Shown here: piece by piece, positions 26,718 to 36,792 of the stretch
Numbering within the stretch: position 1 is the first letter of the stretch
Layout of the letters: each line of letters opens with the position of its first letter
Assembly (NCBI GenBank): GCA_012689375.1
Contig: JAAZLO010000088.1
Coordinates: forward strand, 1,731 to 65,730
Direction of reading: 5' to 3'
From: Bacillota bacterium
GTDB taxonomy: Bacteria > Bacillota > SHA-98 > UBA4971
DNA: 64,000 nt
Notes under the pieces: model-generated
Databases searched by the model: none
What the model was told of the DNA's origin: nothing
Seen by the model: the letters and a program-made list of their open reading frames with translations, nothing else
Program-made: the position numbers and the translations under genes

Positions 26718-27605
26718 TTAAGAAGCCTTGGCCAAAACATCAGGATGGAGGAGCGCGGAAAAAGTACCTTCTTCAGAAAGTTTGCTTATGTGTATTCCAA
26801 TAACCACGTTTTTGGCTGAGAAATCCCGTACTTTATCTAATATCAGGATTTTATCAGCCCTGAATCCCGGAAGTAAGCCTTTTTCTTCACCTATTGAGAC
26901 AAAGGGGATTACCCTAAACCTGGGAAGCCACGTTGAATTTTCCAGGAGCTCAGAAATGAGACCGAGATCCCCCGCATCAAAGGCCATAAATGCCCGTTTG
27001 ACTTCTTCAGGGAGGAATTTTGCCGCTGTATTATATTCCAGAAGAACAACAGGTGAGCCTGTAAGGGGATCCTTGAGCCTATTACCTGTATCGATTAAAG
27101 CGTTAACTTCAAAGTGAATATCACCGAAATAAATTTCTATGGGTACGTAAAAAAGCCATTCCTGGAATCTCCGGCGAACGAAGCCCCACCCAATTTCCGT
27201 GGTTATTAAAATAGTACCTAAAAGGCCTAAAAGCGTAGGTATAAGGCGATACCCCGATAAGTAGGCTATAGATGACGCCCCTCCGAACGCCAGAATACTA
27301 ATTCCCAGGACATGGCAGGAGATTATTACAAATTTATTTAACGGTACAGGCCCAAAGGATATCCTGACTGCGGGTAATATTGAAAGAACAGCTAAGGGGA
27401 TTGCCGCATATGCACGAATGTACCCAAGCCGGAGCAGGACTATGATGACTGCGTCTATAAAACCAGCAACAACTGATGCCTTTAACAAAGATGTGTACCT
27501 TATTCTATAGCCGAGTACCTCTTTGGTTGCCCATAGGGTCAGCCAATGCATAGTAAGGGTCATTACAATAGCATTCATGACAGTCTTAAAAAACATAAGA
27601 TCCAC
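26718..27605 (-). CDS. spoIIGA: Sigma-E processing peptidase SpoIIGA
   Basis: Five N-terminal TM helices, a C-terminal aspartic-protease motif ALIDTGN, and position directly upstream of sigE. ATG 27596 is the more likely start, since GGGGGTGG lies upstream of it. Confidence 0.9.
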   Translation of the reverse strand: MDLMFFKTVMNAIVMTLTMHWLTLWATKEVLGYRIRYTSLLKASVVAGFIDAVIIVLLRLGYIRAYAAIPLAVLSILPAVRISFGPVPLNKFVIISCHVLGISILAFGGASSIAYLSGYRLIPTLLGLLGTILITTEIGWGFVRRRFQEWLFYVPIEIYFGDIHFEVNALIDTGNRLKDPLTGSPVVLLEYNTAAKFLPEEVKRAFMAFDAGDLGLISELLENSTWLPRFRVIPFVSIGEEKGLLPGFRADKILILDKVRDFSAKNVVIGIHISKLSEEGTFSALLHPDVLAKAS

Positions 27606-27647
27606 CCCCGAATGCTGCCTACTGCATACGCTTTCATCTCCTTATTA

Positions 27648-27680
27648 AGTATACAACTCTCTAACCCTGAATTATGTCAA
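27648..27680 (-). promoter_or_regulatory. spoIIG-type promoter with an over-long spacer: TTGACA-21 nt-TATACT, 0A-box-like TTTGACA overlapping the -35
   Basis: Read on the minus strand. The -35 is at 27675-27680 and the -10 at 27648-27653. Confidence 0.5.
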
Positions 27681-27720
27681 AATTGGGTGTAAAATAGCAA
27701 GGCTGTTATATAAATATAAA

Positions 27721-28782
27721 TTAACGTCCTTGATTCCGTCCTCTTCTGAGAAAGGCAGGGATATCTAAGTCTTCACTACCTGCAAAGTCACTAATTTCTA
27801 CAGCTTCAAGCCCTACCCGCTCCCTGACTTTCGCCTCAAATCCTGTGGCGATAACGGTGATCTTTATTTCATCGGTGAGGTTTTCATCAATCATAGCCCC
27901 GAATATGATATTTGCGTCAGAATCAGCTGCCTGTGCTATAAGCTCCGCTGCTTCATTAACTTCGAAAAGCCCTAAATTATTACTCCCTGTAATATTCATA
28001 AGCACACCTTTGGCGCCGTTAATGGTTGTTTCAAGAAGCGGGCTTTCCACTGCAGCTTTCGCAGCCTTTTGGGCCCGATCCTCACCTGAGGCTATGCCTA
28101 TGCCCATCAGGGCTGAACCTGCATTATACATAATGGTTCTGACATCTGCAAAATCAACATTAATTAAGCCGGGGACGGTTATCAGATCAGAAATACCTTG
28201 GACTCCATGGCGCAATACGTCATCTGCCAGCTGGAAAGCCTCAAGGATTGATGTGGCAGGCTCACTGACTTGCAATAACCTGTCATTGGGTATGACGATA
28301 AGGGCATCCACTTTGCTTTTCAGGTTTGTAACACCCTCAACAGCCTGTGCCATACGCCTTTTCCCCTCAAAAGTAAAGGGTTTTGTGACCACTCCTACAG
28401 TGAGGGAGCCTAATTCTTTGGCAATTGAAGCTACAACAGGGGCGCCTCCTGTGCCTGTTCCTCCACCCATACCTGCTGTAATAAACACCATATCAGCCCC
28501 CTCCAGGGAGCGCCTGATTACGTCATAGCTTTCTTGGGCTGCCTGCTCTCCGATTTGGGGGTTCGAGCCTGCGCCAAGACCCTTTGTGAGCTTCTCTCCA
28601 ACCTGGATTTTCATACTTGCGTCGGATATAGCCAGTGCTTGTGCATCAGTGTTTACAGCCACAAATTCCACACCTGATAACCCCGCTGTTATCATCCTGT
28701 TTATTGCGTTAGAACCTCCCCCCCCGACTCCTATTACCTTAATATTTGTAAACTTCTCCATTTCAAATTCCAGGCTGAACAC
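27721..28782 (-). CDS. ftsZ: Cell division protein FtsZ
   Basis: Motifs [17 protein letters not shown] and [11 protein letters not shown]. Confidence 0.98.
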   Translation of the reverse strand: MFSLEFEMEKFTNIKVIGVGGGGSNAINRMITAGLSGVEFVAVNTDAQALAISDASMKIQVGEKLTKGLGAGSNPQIGEQAAQESYDVIRRSLEGADMVFITAGMGGGTGTGGAPVVASIAKELGSLTVGVVTKPFTFEGKRRMAQAVEGVTNLKSKVDALIVIPNDRLLQVSEPATSILEAFQLADDVLRHGVQGISDLITVPGLINVDFADVRTIMYNAGSALMGIGIASGEDRAQKAAKAAVESPLLETTINGAKGVLMNITGSNNLGLFEVNEAAELIAQAADSDANIIFGAMIDENLTDEIKITVIATGFEAKVRERVGLEAVEISDFAGSEDLDIPAFLRRGRNQGR

Positions 28783-28817
28783 GTATTATCCCTCCTACAA
28801 TAACCGCTGAATTCAAT

Positions 28818-30008
28818 TTAGAAAAAATCCTTTACGAATTCATCAAACCATCCGCGAATACCCGAAATAACCTTTTCAAACGTTGAAGCCTGTGATTCTC
28901 TCATAATTAAAAACCCGGAATTATCCGATACATATCGTACAATTCCTAAAGCTACCTGAGATATGTTATGGGGTTCAATTCCTCTCGGAGCGCGAATTGG
29001 ACGGGGTTTCCCAATTTCAGCCGGTAAGTCAAGAATTTCACATGCTAACTCAGTAGTGTTTGGAGTAAATGCACCTGCGCCTGCGAAGACAACACCGCAG
29101 GGTACAAGTCCCCTCCCCCGAATTTCACGGGTTTCCGACTCAATAAGCTCAATTAGTTCCCGTAACCTCGCATCGATTATATTCCGGATGAACTCATTTT
29201 CTTCTGTATCGTTTTGTCCGTCAAGCGCGCTTTTCTCTTTTATTTTTTCCGCTTCATCAAATGAAACTTTCATACCAATGGATATATCATTTGTGATATG
29301 CATACCGCCTATGGGTACACATAATAGTTGAATTGGCGTTCCTTCATAAAATGTGACAACTTGAGTTACCTGTCCGCCAATATCGATAAGCATTACACCC
29401 CTATGAGTTTGTTCCTCAGTAAGAAGGGCTTGTGCGGCAGCTATAGGCTCAAGGACTCGCCCTTCAACAATTAATCCCGCCCTTTCAATGCTTTCCGTAA
29501 TATTCTCAAGAATTGCTACCTGTCCCGTAATAACCTTCGTGATGACTTCCAATCTTATACCGGTCATCCCTTCAGGGCTTCGAATACCACCCAACCCGTC
29601 TACTATGTATTCCTGAGGCAGGACTGATATAATCTCCCGATCCGGTGGGATGGCGAGGACTTTTGCTGAATTTAACGCATGCCTCACATCTGTGGCTGTT
29701 ACCCGCCAATCATCACCTGATGTAGCTGTCATACCACGGCTCGTAGCGCATGATACACGGATAACGGGAACCCCCACAAAAGCCTTGCGGATGTTAACCC
29801 CTGCCATACGTGTTGCACGCTTATTCGCGGCAGCTATTGCAGCGGCTACTGAATCAATATCAATGATTAACCCACGTCGGAGCCCTTGGCATGGTTCTTC
29901 CCCGACTCCTAAGACATCTATTTGGCCTTCCCTGTTCAGCCTGGCTATAACTTCTGTAACCCGGGTAGTACCAATGTCTATTCCTGCAATAATACTGCTT
30001 TCAGACAT
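28818..30008 (-). CDS. ftsA: Cell division protein FtsA
   Basis: Actin-like ATPase (GIDIGTT...), located upstream of ftsZ. Confidence 0.95.
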   Translation of the reverse strand: MSESSIIAGIDIGTTRVTEVIARLNREGQIDVLGVGEEPCQGLRRGLIIDIDSVAAAIAAANKRATRMAGVNIRKAFVGVPVIRVSCATSRGMTATSGDDWRVTATDVRHALNSAKVLAIPPDREIISVLPQEYIVDGLGGIRSPEGMTGIRLEVITKVITGQVAILENITESIERAGLIVEGRVLEPIAAAQALLTEEQTHRGVMLIDIGGQVTQVVTFYEGTPIQLLCVPIGGMHITNDISIGMKVSFDEAEKIKEKSALDGQNDTEENEFIRNIIDARLRELIELIESETREIRGRGLVPCGVVFAGAGAFTPNTTELACEILDLPAEIGKPRPIRAPRGIEPHNISQVALGIVRYVSDNSGFLIMRESQASTFEKVISGIRGWFDEFVKDFF

Positions 30009-30065
30009 GAATTGCCTCCCCTATCATGCTACAATAGAATTCAACGTATCTTATATGACTCCTCT

Positions 30066-30416
30066 TCACTTACAGGCGTTCTTAAACCACTTATCAAGAA
30101 TGTATCTTCGGATAATACCGACATTTGTAAATATCCTGATACTGAAGGCTACGGTTGCACCGAGAACCAGATCAACGCCGAGTTTGTCCCCTACCACAGT
30201 AAGGGTTGCGGCAAGCGCTGTATTCACGAGGAATCCCGATATAAAAACATTTTTATCAAAAGTATTCTGTAAACCTGCCCGAATACCGCCGAAAACGCAA
30301 TCCAAAGCTGCGAGAATACCGATCGCGATATACTGGGAATATTCTGTTGGAAAGCGCAAGGGTGTAAACAATGCAATTACAATACCTGCGATGAGACCTA
30401 TAGCAGGCAATATCAT
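30066..30416 (-). CDS. sbp: Small basic protein (DUF1290)
   Basis: 116-aa membrane protein at the conserved position between DUF881 and ftsA. Confidence 0.8.
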   Translation of the reverse strand: MILPAIGLIAGIVIALFTPLRFPTEYSQYIAIGILAALDCVFGGIRAGLQNTFDKNVFISGFLVNTALAATLTVVGDKLGVDLVLGATVAFSIRIFTNVGIIRRYILDKWFKNACK

Positions 30417-31135
30417 TTTTGTACCCCTTCCAATACCGGATTAGCATATTCGAAATACAGACCACCTTTATATGCCGGGATTTGAATTGAAGTTGATTTT
30501 ATAACCTTTGCTTCAATACCCCAGGCACGAAGGGTATCTAATATTCCATCCCTCATATGCAATGCACTGTCTAATGCACCTGGTTCCCCAATGGCGTATA
30601 TTTCATAAGGCGGTCCTATCCTAACATTATTAACGGAAATCACCGGTCCTGAGCATCTGATTTCGGAGACAGCAATTATTCTCTGGCCGTTTACGGATAC
30701 AGCTTCAGCCCCTGCTGCAAACAACTCATTTATGACTTGGAGTATATCGTTATCATGAACGAGAAAAAGCCCATGGCTTTCGCTGGGTCCGGCTTGGCGT
30801 TTACTATCATTTAATGTAACTATAACACCGGTACCCTCGACAGTTGTCAACCCCGCAGCCATTTTTGCTTTTATGAGCTCAGCCTGGGCGGCCTCAGCTG
30901 CTTTTTCACCTTCCACAACTTTTGATAATTGCTTCCTCAGTGTTTCAACTTCCTTTTCAAGGATCATCCTTTCCGCCTCGGATCTTCGTAACATGTCACT
31001 GAGATCCTCCAAACGTCTGGATGGTATCTGGCTTTGTCCGATGTATTCCTGTGTCCTGACTTGTCCGACTAATAAAATACCAAGGATAACACATACCCCT
31101 GCCACATACAATTCAAATACCCGGGCTTTTTTCAC
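30413..31135 (-). CDS. DUF881 (YlxW/YlxX-like) division-cluster protein
   Basis: N-terminal TM helix, a coiled coil and the C-terminal DUF881 pattern. Overlaps sbp by 4 nt. Confidence 0.8.
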   Translation of the reverse strand: MKKARVFELYVAGVCVILGILLVGQVRTQEYIGQSQIPSRRLEDLSDMLRRSEAERMILEKEVETLRKQLSKVVEGEKAAEAAQAELIKAKMAAGLTTVEGTGVIVTLNDSKRQAGPSESHGLFLVHDNDILQVINELFAAGAEAVSVNGQRIIAVSEIRCSGPVISVNNVRIGPPYEIYAIGEPGALDSALHMRDGILDTLRAWGIEAKVIKSTSIQIPAYKGGLYFEYANPVLEGVQK

Positions 31136-31195
31136 CTATTCCCCTCCACGGAATGTGTTCTCCTGTAGATTATACTATAGACTGGGAATTTGTCA

Positions 31196-31948
31196 TTATT
31201 TGCGACCTTTTATTACAGGTCTTTTTGGAAATCTTACATCAATATAGGATGCATGTTTTTTATCATCATCCAGTTTATAAAATAAGGAATCAAAGACATC
31301 AAGGCGGGTGAGGTATTCATCACGGGTTCCCAATCCTAATATGACTAATGTACCACACTGCATATAAACAGATATGCCTATGTCTTCTTTAAAATTAATT
31401 TCTGAGATGTCTTTTATTATATGAGGGGGGAGAATACTTGTAACGAGAAGTGCAAAGGCAAGGCCATTGCCCTCAATTTTTTTTCCGATTAAGACCTGTT
31501 GAGGTTTGATGCCTGTAATTAAGGGGGGATCTTTTTCTGTGTAGGATTCAGTGATACCAACAGCGAAACCTTGAGGATCAATAAAAACATAATGGCCAGA
31601 ATAAGGCATGACTGCAATCTTAGTTCTCTCTGTAACTTCCACTGATAATGTAGAGGGAAACCTACGTTTAATCAAAGCCTTATCTATCCTGGGATCTGCT
31701 TCAATCCTTTTGGTCAACGTAACCAAGTCCACATCAAATATATTTGAATTTCTGGTGTAGTTTGCGACAGCCATGATTTCGTCATGTTTAATGGTTGTCA
31801 GCCCTAAAATGTCTATGTTATCCACTAAAAAAAATGAGGATTTGAGAAACCCGAAACCTGTGGCGGCCAGAAATAATAAAATGAGAGCGATAGGTATCCA
31901 TTTTAAAGGGGGCCTGTTTTCTTTTCTTGAGAAATGATTTTTATCCAT
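31196..31948 (-). CDS. divIB: Cell division protein FtsQ/DivIB
   Basis: Single TM helix followed by POTRA-like IxDIxIxG and FPSTLSVEVTER motifs. Confidence 0.88.
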   Translation of the reverse strand: MDKNHFSRKENRPPLKWIPIALILLFLAATGFGFLKSSFFLVDNIDILGLTTIKHDEIMAVANYTRNSNIFDVDLVTLTKRIEADPRIDKALIKRRFPSTLSVEVTERTKIAVMPYSGHYVFIDPQGFAVGITESYTEKDPPLITGIKPQQVLIGKKIEGNGLAFALLVTSILPPHIIKDISEINFKEDIGISVYMQCGTLVILGLGTRDEYLTRLDVFDSLFYKLDDDKKHASYIDVRFPKRPVIKGRK

Positions 31949-31960
31949 ATTAAGCTCCTG

Positions 31961-33241
31961 TTACCCGGCTTGCAATTCTTTCCTGATACCGGTTCTTTCA
32001 ATTGAAGCGCCCAGCAACCTCAGTTTCCCCGGGAGATCCTCATAGCCCCGATCAATGTGTTTCAGGCCTTTTAATTCAGTGACACCTTCACCGGCCAAAG
32101 CTGCAAGAACCAAAGCAGCACCCCCCCGAAGATCAGGTGCTTCCAGTTTTATACCGTGCAAACCGGGGACGCCTGTTATAATGGCCAGTTTTCCATCTAC
32201 CGTTGCCTTTGCACCCATTCTTGTCAGCTCTTCAGTATACTTAAACCGTAGCGGAAAAACACCTTCAATAATCTCAGAAGTACCTTCTGCCAGGCTCATA
32301 GCAGCAACAAATTGAGGTTGTACATCTGTAGGAAATCCAGGGTAAGGCAAGGTTCGGATATTGGTTGCTTTCAAACGTTTTTCCACAGGCCTTCCGACAA
32401 TCACATAATTATCTCCCTCTATCAGTTCCATTCCTGTTTCCCGGAGTTTAGCAATAAGAGCTTGTTGATGTTCAACAATAACATTTTCAATGAGGGCTTC
32501 ACCACCTGCCACTGCTATTGCAAGCATAAATGTAGCAGCTTCGATACGATCGGGAATTATAGTGTATTCAGTTGCCTTAAGCTCCCTTACACCCTCGATT
32601 TTAATTGTATCGGTACCCGCCCCTTTAATATTTGCCCCTAACCGATTAAGGAAATTTTGTTCGTCTATTATTTCCGGTTCGCGTGCTGCATTTCTAAGCA
32701 CAGTTATCCCTTCTGCAAGGCAGGCAGCAGTCATTATGTTTTCAGTTGCGCCTACACTGGGTACATCCAATAAGATCTCAGTTCCTTTTAATTTTGATGC
32801 TTTTGCTGAGATATAACCGTGTTCTTTTTTTATCTCGGCTCCCAAGGCTGAAAAACCTTTTAAATGAAGATCAATCGGTCTGGGCCCGATGTCACATCCC
32901 CCGGGTTGCCTTGTCCTTACATATCCAAAACGTGCAAGGAGTGGCCCCATAACCTGTATTGATGCACGCATTTTTATTACTGATTCCTCAGGCGGTTCCA
33001 GTTTGTTTACACCTGAAGGATCAATAAGAATACTGCTGTCCTGTTGGAAATCAACTGTTGCTCCCAGCCCCCGTAGGACATCTGCCATAGTGTTGACATC
33101 TGTAATCTTTGGGATACCCATGAGTCTACATGATCCTCCGGCAAGAAGCGAGGCAGCCATTACCTTTAGGGCTGCATTTTTCGCACCGCCGATTTTGACT
33201 AACCCACTGAGCGGGTTTAAGCCGGTAATTTTTAACCTCAT
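31961..33241 (-). CDS. murA: UDP-N-acetylglucosamine 1-carboxyvinyltransferase
   Basis: KNAALKVMAASLL, GGCDIGPRPIDLH and the typical 426-aa length. Confidence 0.95.
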   Translation of the reverse strand: MRLKITGLNPLSGLVKIGGAKNAALKVMAASLLAGGSCRLMGIPKITDVNTMADVLRGLGATVDFQQDSSILIDPSGVNKLEPPEESVIKMRASIQVMGPLLARFGYVRTRQPGGCDIGPRPIDLHLKGFSALGAEIKKEHGYISAKASKLKGTEILLDVPSVGATENIMTAACLAEGITVLRNAAREPEIIDEQNFLNRLGANIKGAGTDTIKIEGVRELKATEYTIIPDRIEAATFMLAIAVAGGEALIENVIVEHQQALIAKLRETGMELIEGDNYVIVGRPVEKRLKATNIRTLPYPGFPTDVQPQFVAAMSLAEGTSEIIEGVFPLRFKYTEELTRMGAKATVDGKLAIITGVPGLHGIKLEAPDLRGGAALVLAALAGEGVTELKGLKHIDRGYEDLPGKLRLLGASIERTGIRKELQAG

Positions 33242-33262
33242 AGCGGAGTCACCCCCACATGC

Positions 33263-34174
33263 TTAGCCTCCAAGTATTCTTACCTCGGGCTCCAGCATTA
33301 TTTCAAACTTAGAGTAGACTACCTCCTGAATATGTCTCATAAGAAGGATAACGTCCCTTGCAGTGGCGCTGCCATCATTTACGATAAAGTTTGCATGGAG
33401 CCTGGAAACTTTGGCTCCTCCTATATTGACCCCTTTAAGTCCGGCTGCATCAATGAACCTACCTGCTCCTTCCCCTGTCGGGTTTTTAAATGCACATCCG
33501 GCACTCGGTAAATTCATAGGCTGGCGGCAGGCACGCTCACGGAAGTATTCTTCCATGCGTTTTTGGACGTTTTCCGGATCATCTTGTTGTAAGGCGAAAT
33601 CCACTTTAGTAAGAATTAAAGGTTCTGCAAGAACCCTGGTGGTTTTTGTTCCGGGTTCGAGATTTTCACGGGTTATCTTCATTTGTTCTCCATCATATGT
33701 AATGGCCTCTGCTGTATCTACAAGTTCAGCCATAAACCCACCAAAGGCGGCTGCATTCATTGCCACTGCTCCACCGGCCGTGCCCGGTATCCCGCCGGCA
33801 AATTCCAGGCCGGTAAGGCCTACAGACGAAGCCTTCCTACATACGGACGGTAAGGGCGTACCTGCTCCACACCGTAATATATTATTATTCAGCCGCTCAA
33901 TGCAGGAGAGGGTATTCGCAATTTTTATTACGACACCTTTTATTCCTTTATCCTTTACAAGGATGTTTGTCCCGGCCCCTATAATATGAAAGTCAATTTG
34001 GAGATTAGACAGGATGTCAATGAGAACCAAGATATCTTCAACACCTTTAGGTATAACCAGCACATCAGCGGGGCCTCCAATTCGAAATGAAGTGTGTCGG
34101 CTCATAGGTTCATTAATATATATTTGTCCCTTCACCTTATTTTCCAGTTGCAGTGCTAAGGTTGTGTTATCCAC
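33263..34174 (-). CDS. murB: UDP-N-acetylenolpyruvoylglucosamine reductase
   Basis: Motifs HTSFRIGGPADV and GxGTNILV, 303 aa. Confidence 0.95.
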   Translation of the reverse strand: MDNTTLALQLENKVKGQIYINEPMSRHTSFRIGGPADVLVIPKGVEDILVLIDILSNLQIDFHIIGAGTNILVKDKGIKGVVIKIANTLSCIERLNNNILRCGAGTPLPSVCRKASSVGLTGLEFAGGIPGTAGGAVAMNAAAFGGFMAELVDTAEAITYDGEQMKITRENLEPGTKTTRVLAEPLILTKVDFALQQDDPENVQKRMEEYFRERACRQPMNLPSAGCAFKNPTGEGAGRFIDAAGLKGVNIGGAKVSRLHANFIVNDGSATARDVILLMRHIQEVVYSKFEIMLEPEVRILGG

Positions 34175-35562
34175 TCATTTCCCATCCTTTGTACGAATTC
34201 CCGGGCTACAGAATCTATATTACCTGCACCCATAGTCAGAACTATGTCACCGGGCTTAACCAAATCTAACAATTCCGCCGAGATATCGTCTGTATTTTCA
34301 ATAAAAGTTGTTCGCGGGTTACCGTATTTTTTAATCTTTTGGGCGAGACTTTCACCGGTTACACCTGGTATCGGCTGTTCACCTGTACCTTTATGATATA
34401 TATCGGTTACTATTACGAGATCGGCATCAGAAAATGCCTTTACGAATCTATCAAAAAGAAACTGGGTCCTGGTAAACCTCTGCGGCTGGAAGACTATTAC
34501 CAAACGCCTGTTATGAGTTTCCTTAAGTGCTGATATCGTTGCTTCTATTTCTGCAGGGTGATGCGCATAATCATCCAGTACTAATACATCCTGTACGTTT
34601 CCTACGAATTCCAAACGCCTTTTTGCCCCTTTGAATTTACCTAAACCTGACTTAATAAGATGAAAAGGGATTTTAAGCTCAATTCCAACTGCGACAGAAG
34701 CTAAGGCATTGCATATATTATGCCGCCCGGGCACCGCAAGTTCCACGCTTCCCAGGGGAATTTCCTGAAAGGAGATTTGAAACCGGTAACCTGTATTTCT
34801 GACTACAGGGTTATAAGCTCTCAAATCTCCACTTTTAAATCCGTAAAGACAGGTCCTACATTTTAAATCCTTCTTTATACGCATAACCCGGGGATCGTCA
34901 GCAAACAGAATTGCTATATCATTATCATCTATTCGCCGGAGAAAAGCCCTAAACGCATTATCAATAGAATTTGAATTTTTATAATAATCTAGGTGATCAT
35001 CATCGATATTGGTTACTACCCCGATTCTAGGTTTTATTTCTAAAAAGGACCCATAGGCTTCATCTGCTTCTACTACAATAACTTTTCCCTTACCGTACCT
35101 ACCACCCATAGGGGCATATTGGGCTTCTTCACCTAAAATGATTGTAGGATCCAAGCCTGCCTCTACCATCATTACCCCTATCATAGACGATGTGGTGGTT
35201 TTACCGTGGGTCCCTGTAATTGCAATCCCGAATTTTGAATCTACGAGTTTCCCGAGTATTTCAGCACGGGTTATTATAGGTATTCCTTCCTGTTCAGCTG
35301 TTTTGATTTCTATATTGCCGGGGGGAATTGCAGCACTGGTTATTGCAATACCGGCACCTACAACATTGGATGAGGTATGGCCTACGTGGATGGAAGCCCC
35401 AAGACGGCGGAGATACTCAAGGCGTGGAGACGGTGAAATGTCACTCCCGCTTATTGAATATCCCATTTGTAGAAGAACCTTGGCTATGGAACTCATCCCG
35501 TGTCCGCCAATACCAATGAAATGGATCCTGTCCCTTAACTTTATAAAATCATGTCCGATCAA
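34156..35562 (-). CDS. murC: UDP-N-acetylmuramate--L-alanine ligase
   Basis: Motifs IHFIGIGGHGMSSIA and GTHGKTTT. Confidence 0.95.
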   Translation of the reverse strand: MIGHDFIKLRDRIHFIGIGGHGMSSIAKVLLQMGYSISGSDISPSPRLEYLRRLGASIHVGHTSSNVVGAGIAITSAAIPPGNIEIKTAEQEGIPIITRAEILGKLVDSKFGIAITGTHGKTTTSSMIGVMMVEAGLDPTIILGEEAQYAPMGGRYGKGKVIVVEADEAYGSFLEIKPRIGVVTNIDDDHLDYYKNSNSIDNAFRAFLRRIDDNDIAILFADDPRVMRIKKDLKCRTCLYGFKSGDLRAYNPVVRNTGYRFQISFQEIPLGSVELAVPGRHNICNALASVAVGIELKIPFHLIKSGLGKFKGAKRRLEFVGNVQDVLVLDDYAHHPAEIEATISALKETHNRRLVIVFQPQRFTRTQFLFDRFVKAFSDADLVIVTDIYHKGTGEQPIPGVTGESLAQKIKKYGNPRTTFIENTDDISAELLDLVKPGDIVLTMGAGNIDSVAREFVQRMGNEWITQP

Positions 35563-35655
35563 CCCATACCCTACTTCCTGAGGACCCGATAATATCCTAT
35601 GGATCCATGCTTATTAATCCTATGCTAACCGGAGTTCCTATGCTACTTTCAGCAG

Positions 35656-36792
35656 TCAGGGCCTCCGGGCATGTCCCTTTGCCAAAGAAACAATAATATC
35701 TGCTAATTCATCGGCAGCATCAGGCCGCCCGAGTGCCCGGGATTTTGCTGCCATCCGTCGAAGTTGATCCTTATCCTTAAGTATTCCGCTAATGGCATGG
35801 ATCAAAGACTCAGGACTCAAATCTTTTTCTCGGATCATAAAGGCGGCACCTGCAGATTCCAGTGCTTCGGCATTTTTCTCCTGATGTCCTTCAGCTGAAC
35901 TTGGGAAAGGAATAAGGATTGACGGTAAACCCCGCCCTGTAATCTCTGCAATGGATATAGCCCCTGCTCTGCTCACAACGAGATCCGCACATGCCATGGC
36001 ATAGTCCATACGATAAATATATTCCTTTACCGTAAGATTTCGTGTCCCCAAAGCTTCCCCGCAAGTTGTCTTTAATTCCTTTATGACCCGACTATAATCA
36101 TGTTTGCCTGTTTGATAAATTACCTGAATATCTTTAAACCCCATTACTTCCGGAAGAACCTGAACCATTACTTTGTTTATGGCTCTTGCGCCTTGACTGC
36201 CACCGAATACTAAGATCGTAGTGGTTTTAGGATCAATACCGAAGGCGGCTGATCCTTTGTCCCTTGTTGTTTCTAAAATTGAACGCCTGACGGGGTTTCC
36301 TGTTAAACGTGTTTTTATAGATTGCGGAAAGTACTTAACCGATTCCGGGTAAGTCAATCCGACTACGCAGGCTAGACGTGAAAGAATCCGCGTAGTGTAT
36401 CCGGGCAGTGCATTTTGTTCATGGATTAATGTCGGTATACGTAAGAACCATGCGGCAAGAATAACTGGCCCGGATACATATCCCCCTGTTCCTACCACAA
36501 CCTCAGGCTTAAATGCCTTTATTATAGTAGTGGCTTGGAAGAAACTTTTGACAGCCCGATAAATAGTTAAAAATGTTTCTGTGGACAGTTTGCGTCGAAA
36601 ACCTGTAACATCTATAAAGACTAAATTGAAACCCTCCTTAGGTACAACATCAGCTTCCAATCCTCTCTTTGTACCTACAAACATAATATGGGCATCAGGT
36701 TCCCTTTCAAGGAGGGTCTTTGCTATTGTTATTCCAGGATAAACATGTCCCCCGGTACCTCCGCCGGCAATCATAACTTTCACTGTTTTCAC
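35656..36792 (-). CDS. murG: Lipid II synthase MurG (UDP-GlcNAc transferase)
   Basis: GGGTGGHVYPG motif, 378 aa. Confidence 0.95.
   Translation of the reverse strand: MKTVKVMIAGGGTGGHVYPGITIAKTLLEREPDAHIMFVGTKRGLEADVVPKEGFNLVFIDVTGFRRKLSTETFLTIYRAVKSFFQATTIIKAFKPEVVVGTGGYVSGPVILAAWFLRIPTLIHEQNALPGYTTRILSRLACVVGLTYPESVKYFPQSIKTRLTGNPVRRSILETTRDKGSAAFGIDPKTTTILVFGGSQGARAINKVMVQVLPEVMGFKDIQVIYQTGKHDYSRVIKELKTTCGEALGTRNLTVKEYIYRMDYAMACADLVVSRAGAISIAEITGRGLPSILIPFPSSAEGHQEKNAEALESAGAAFMIREKDLSPESLIHAISGILKDKDQLRRMAAKSRALGRPDAADELADIIVSLAKGHARRP

Noticed and set aside
27635-27637. ATG immediately after AAGGAG in the spoIIGA leader, as a small upstream ORF.
   Set aside because: There is zero spacing between the SD-like sequence and the ATG, and it is out of frame with spoIIGA. 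Most likely it is not translated. It is mentioned only under the promoter finding.
27845-28528. A 227-aa plus-strand ORF antisense to ftsZ. Similar long antisense ORFs occur at 29650-30444, 33363-33989, 11732-12301, 7928-8479, 52362-52820, 38374-38904 and 63094-63516.
   Set aside because: Each lies entirely inside a strongly recognisable minus-strand gene. They have low-complexity Ser/Pro/Ile-rich translations and no RBS. They look like typical shadow ORFs of the opposite frame, with no independent evidence of coding.
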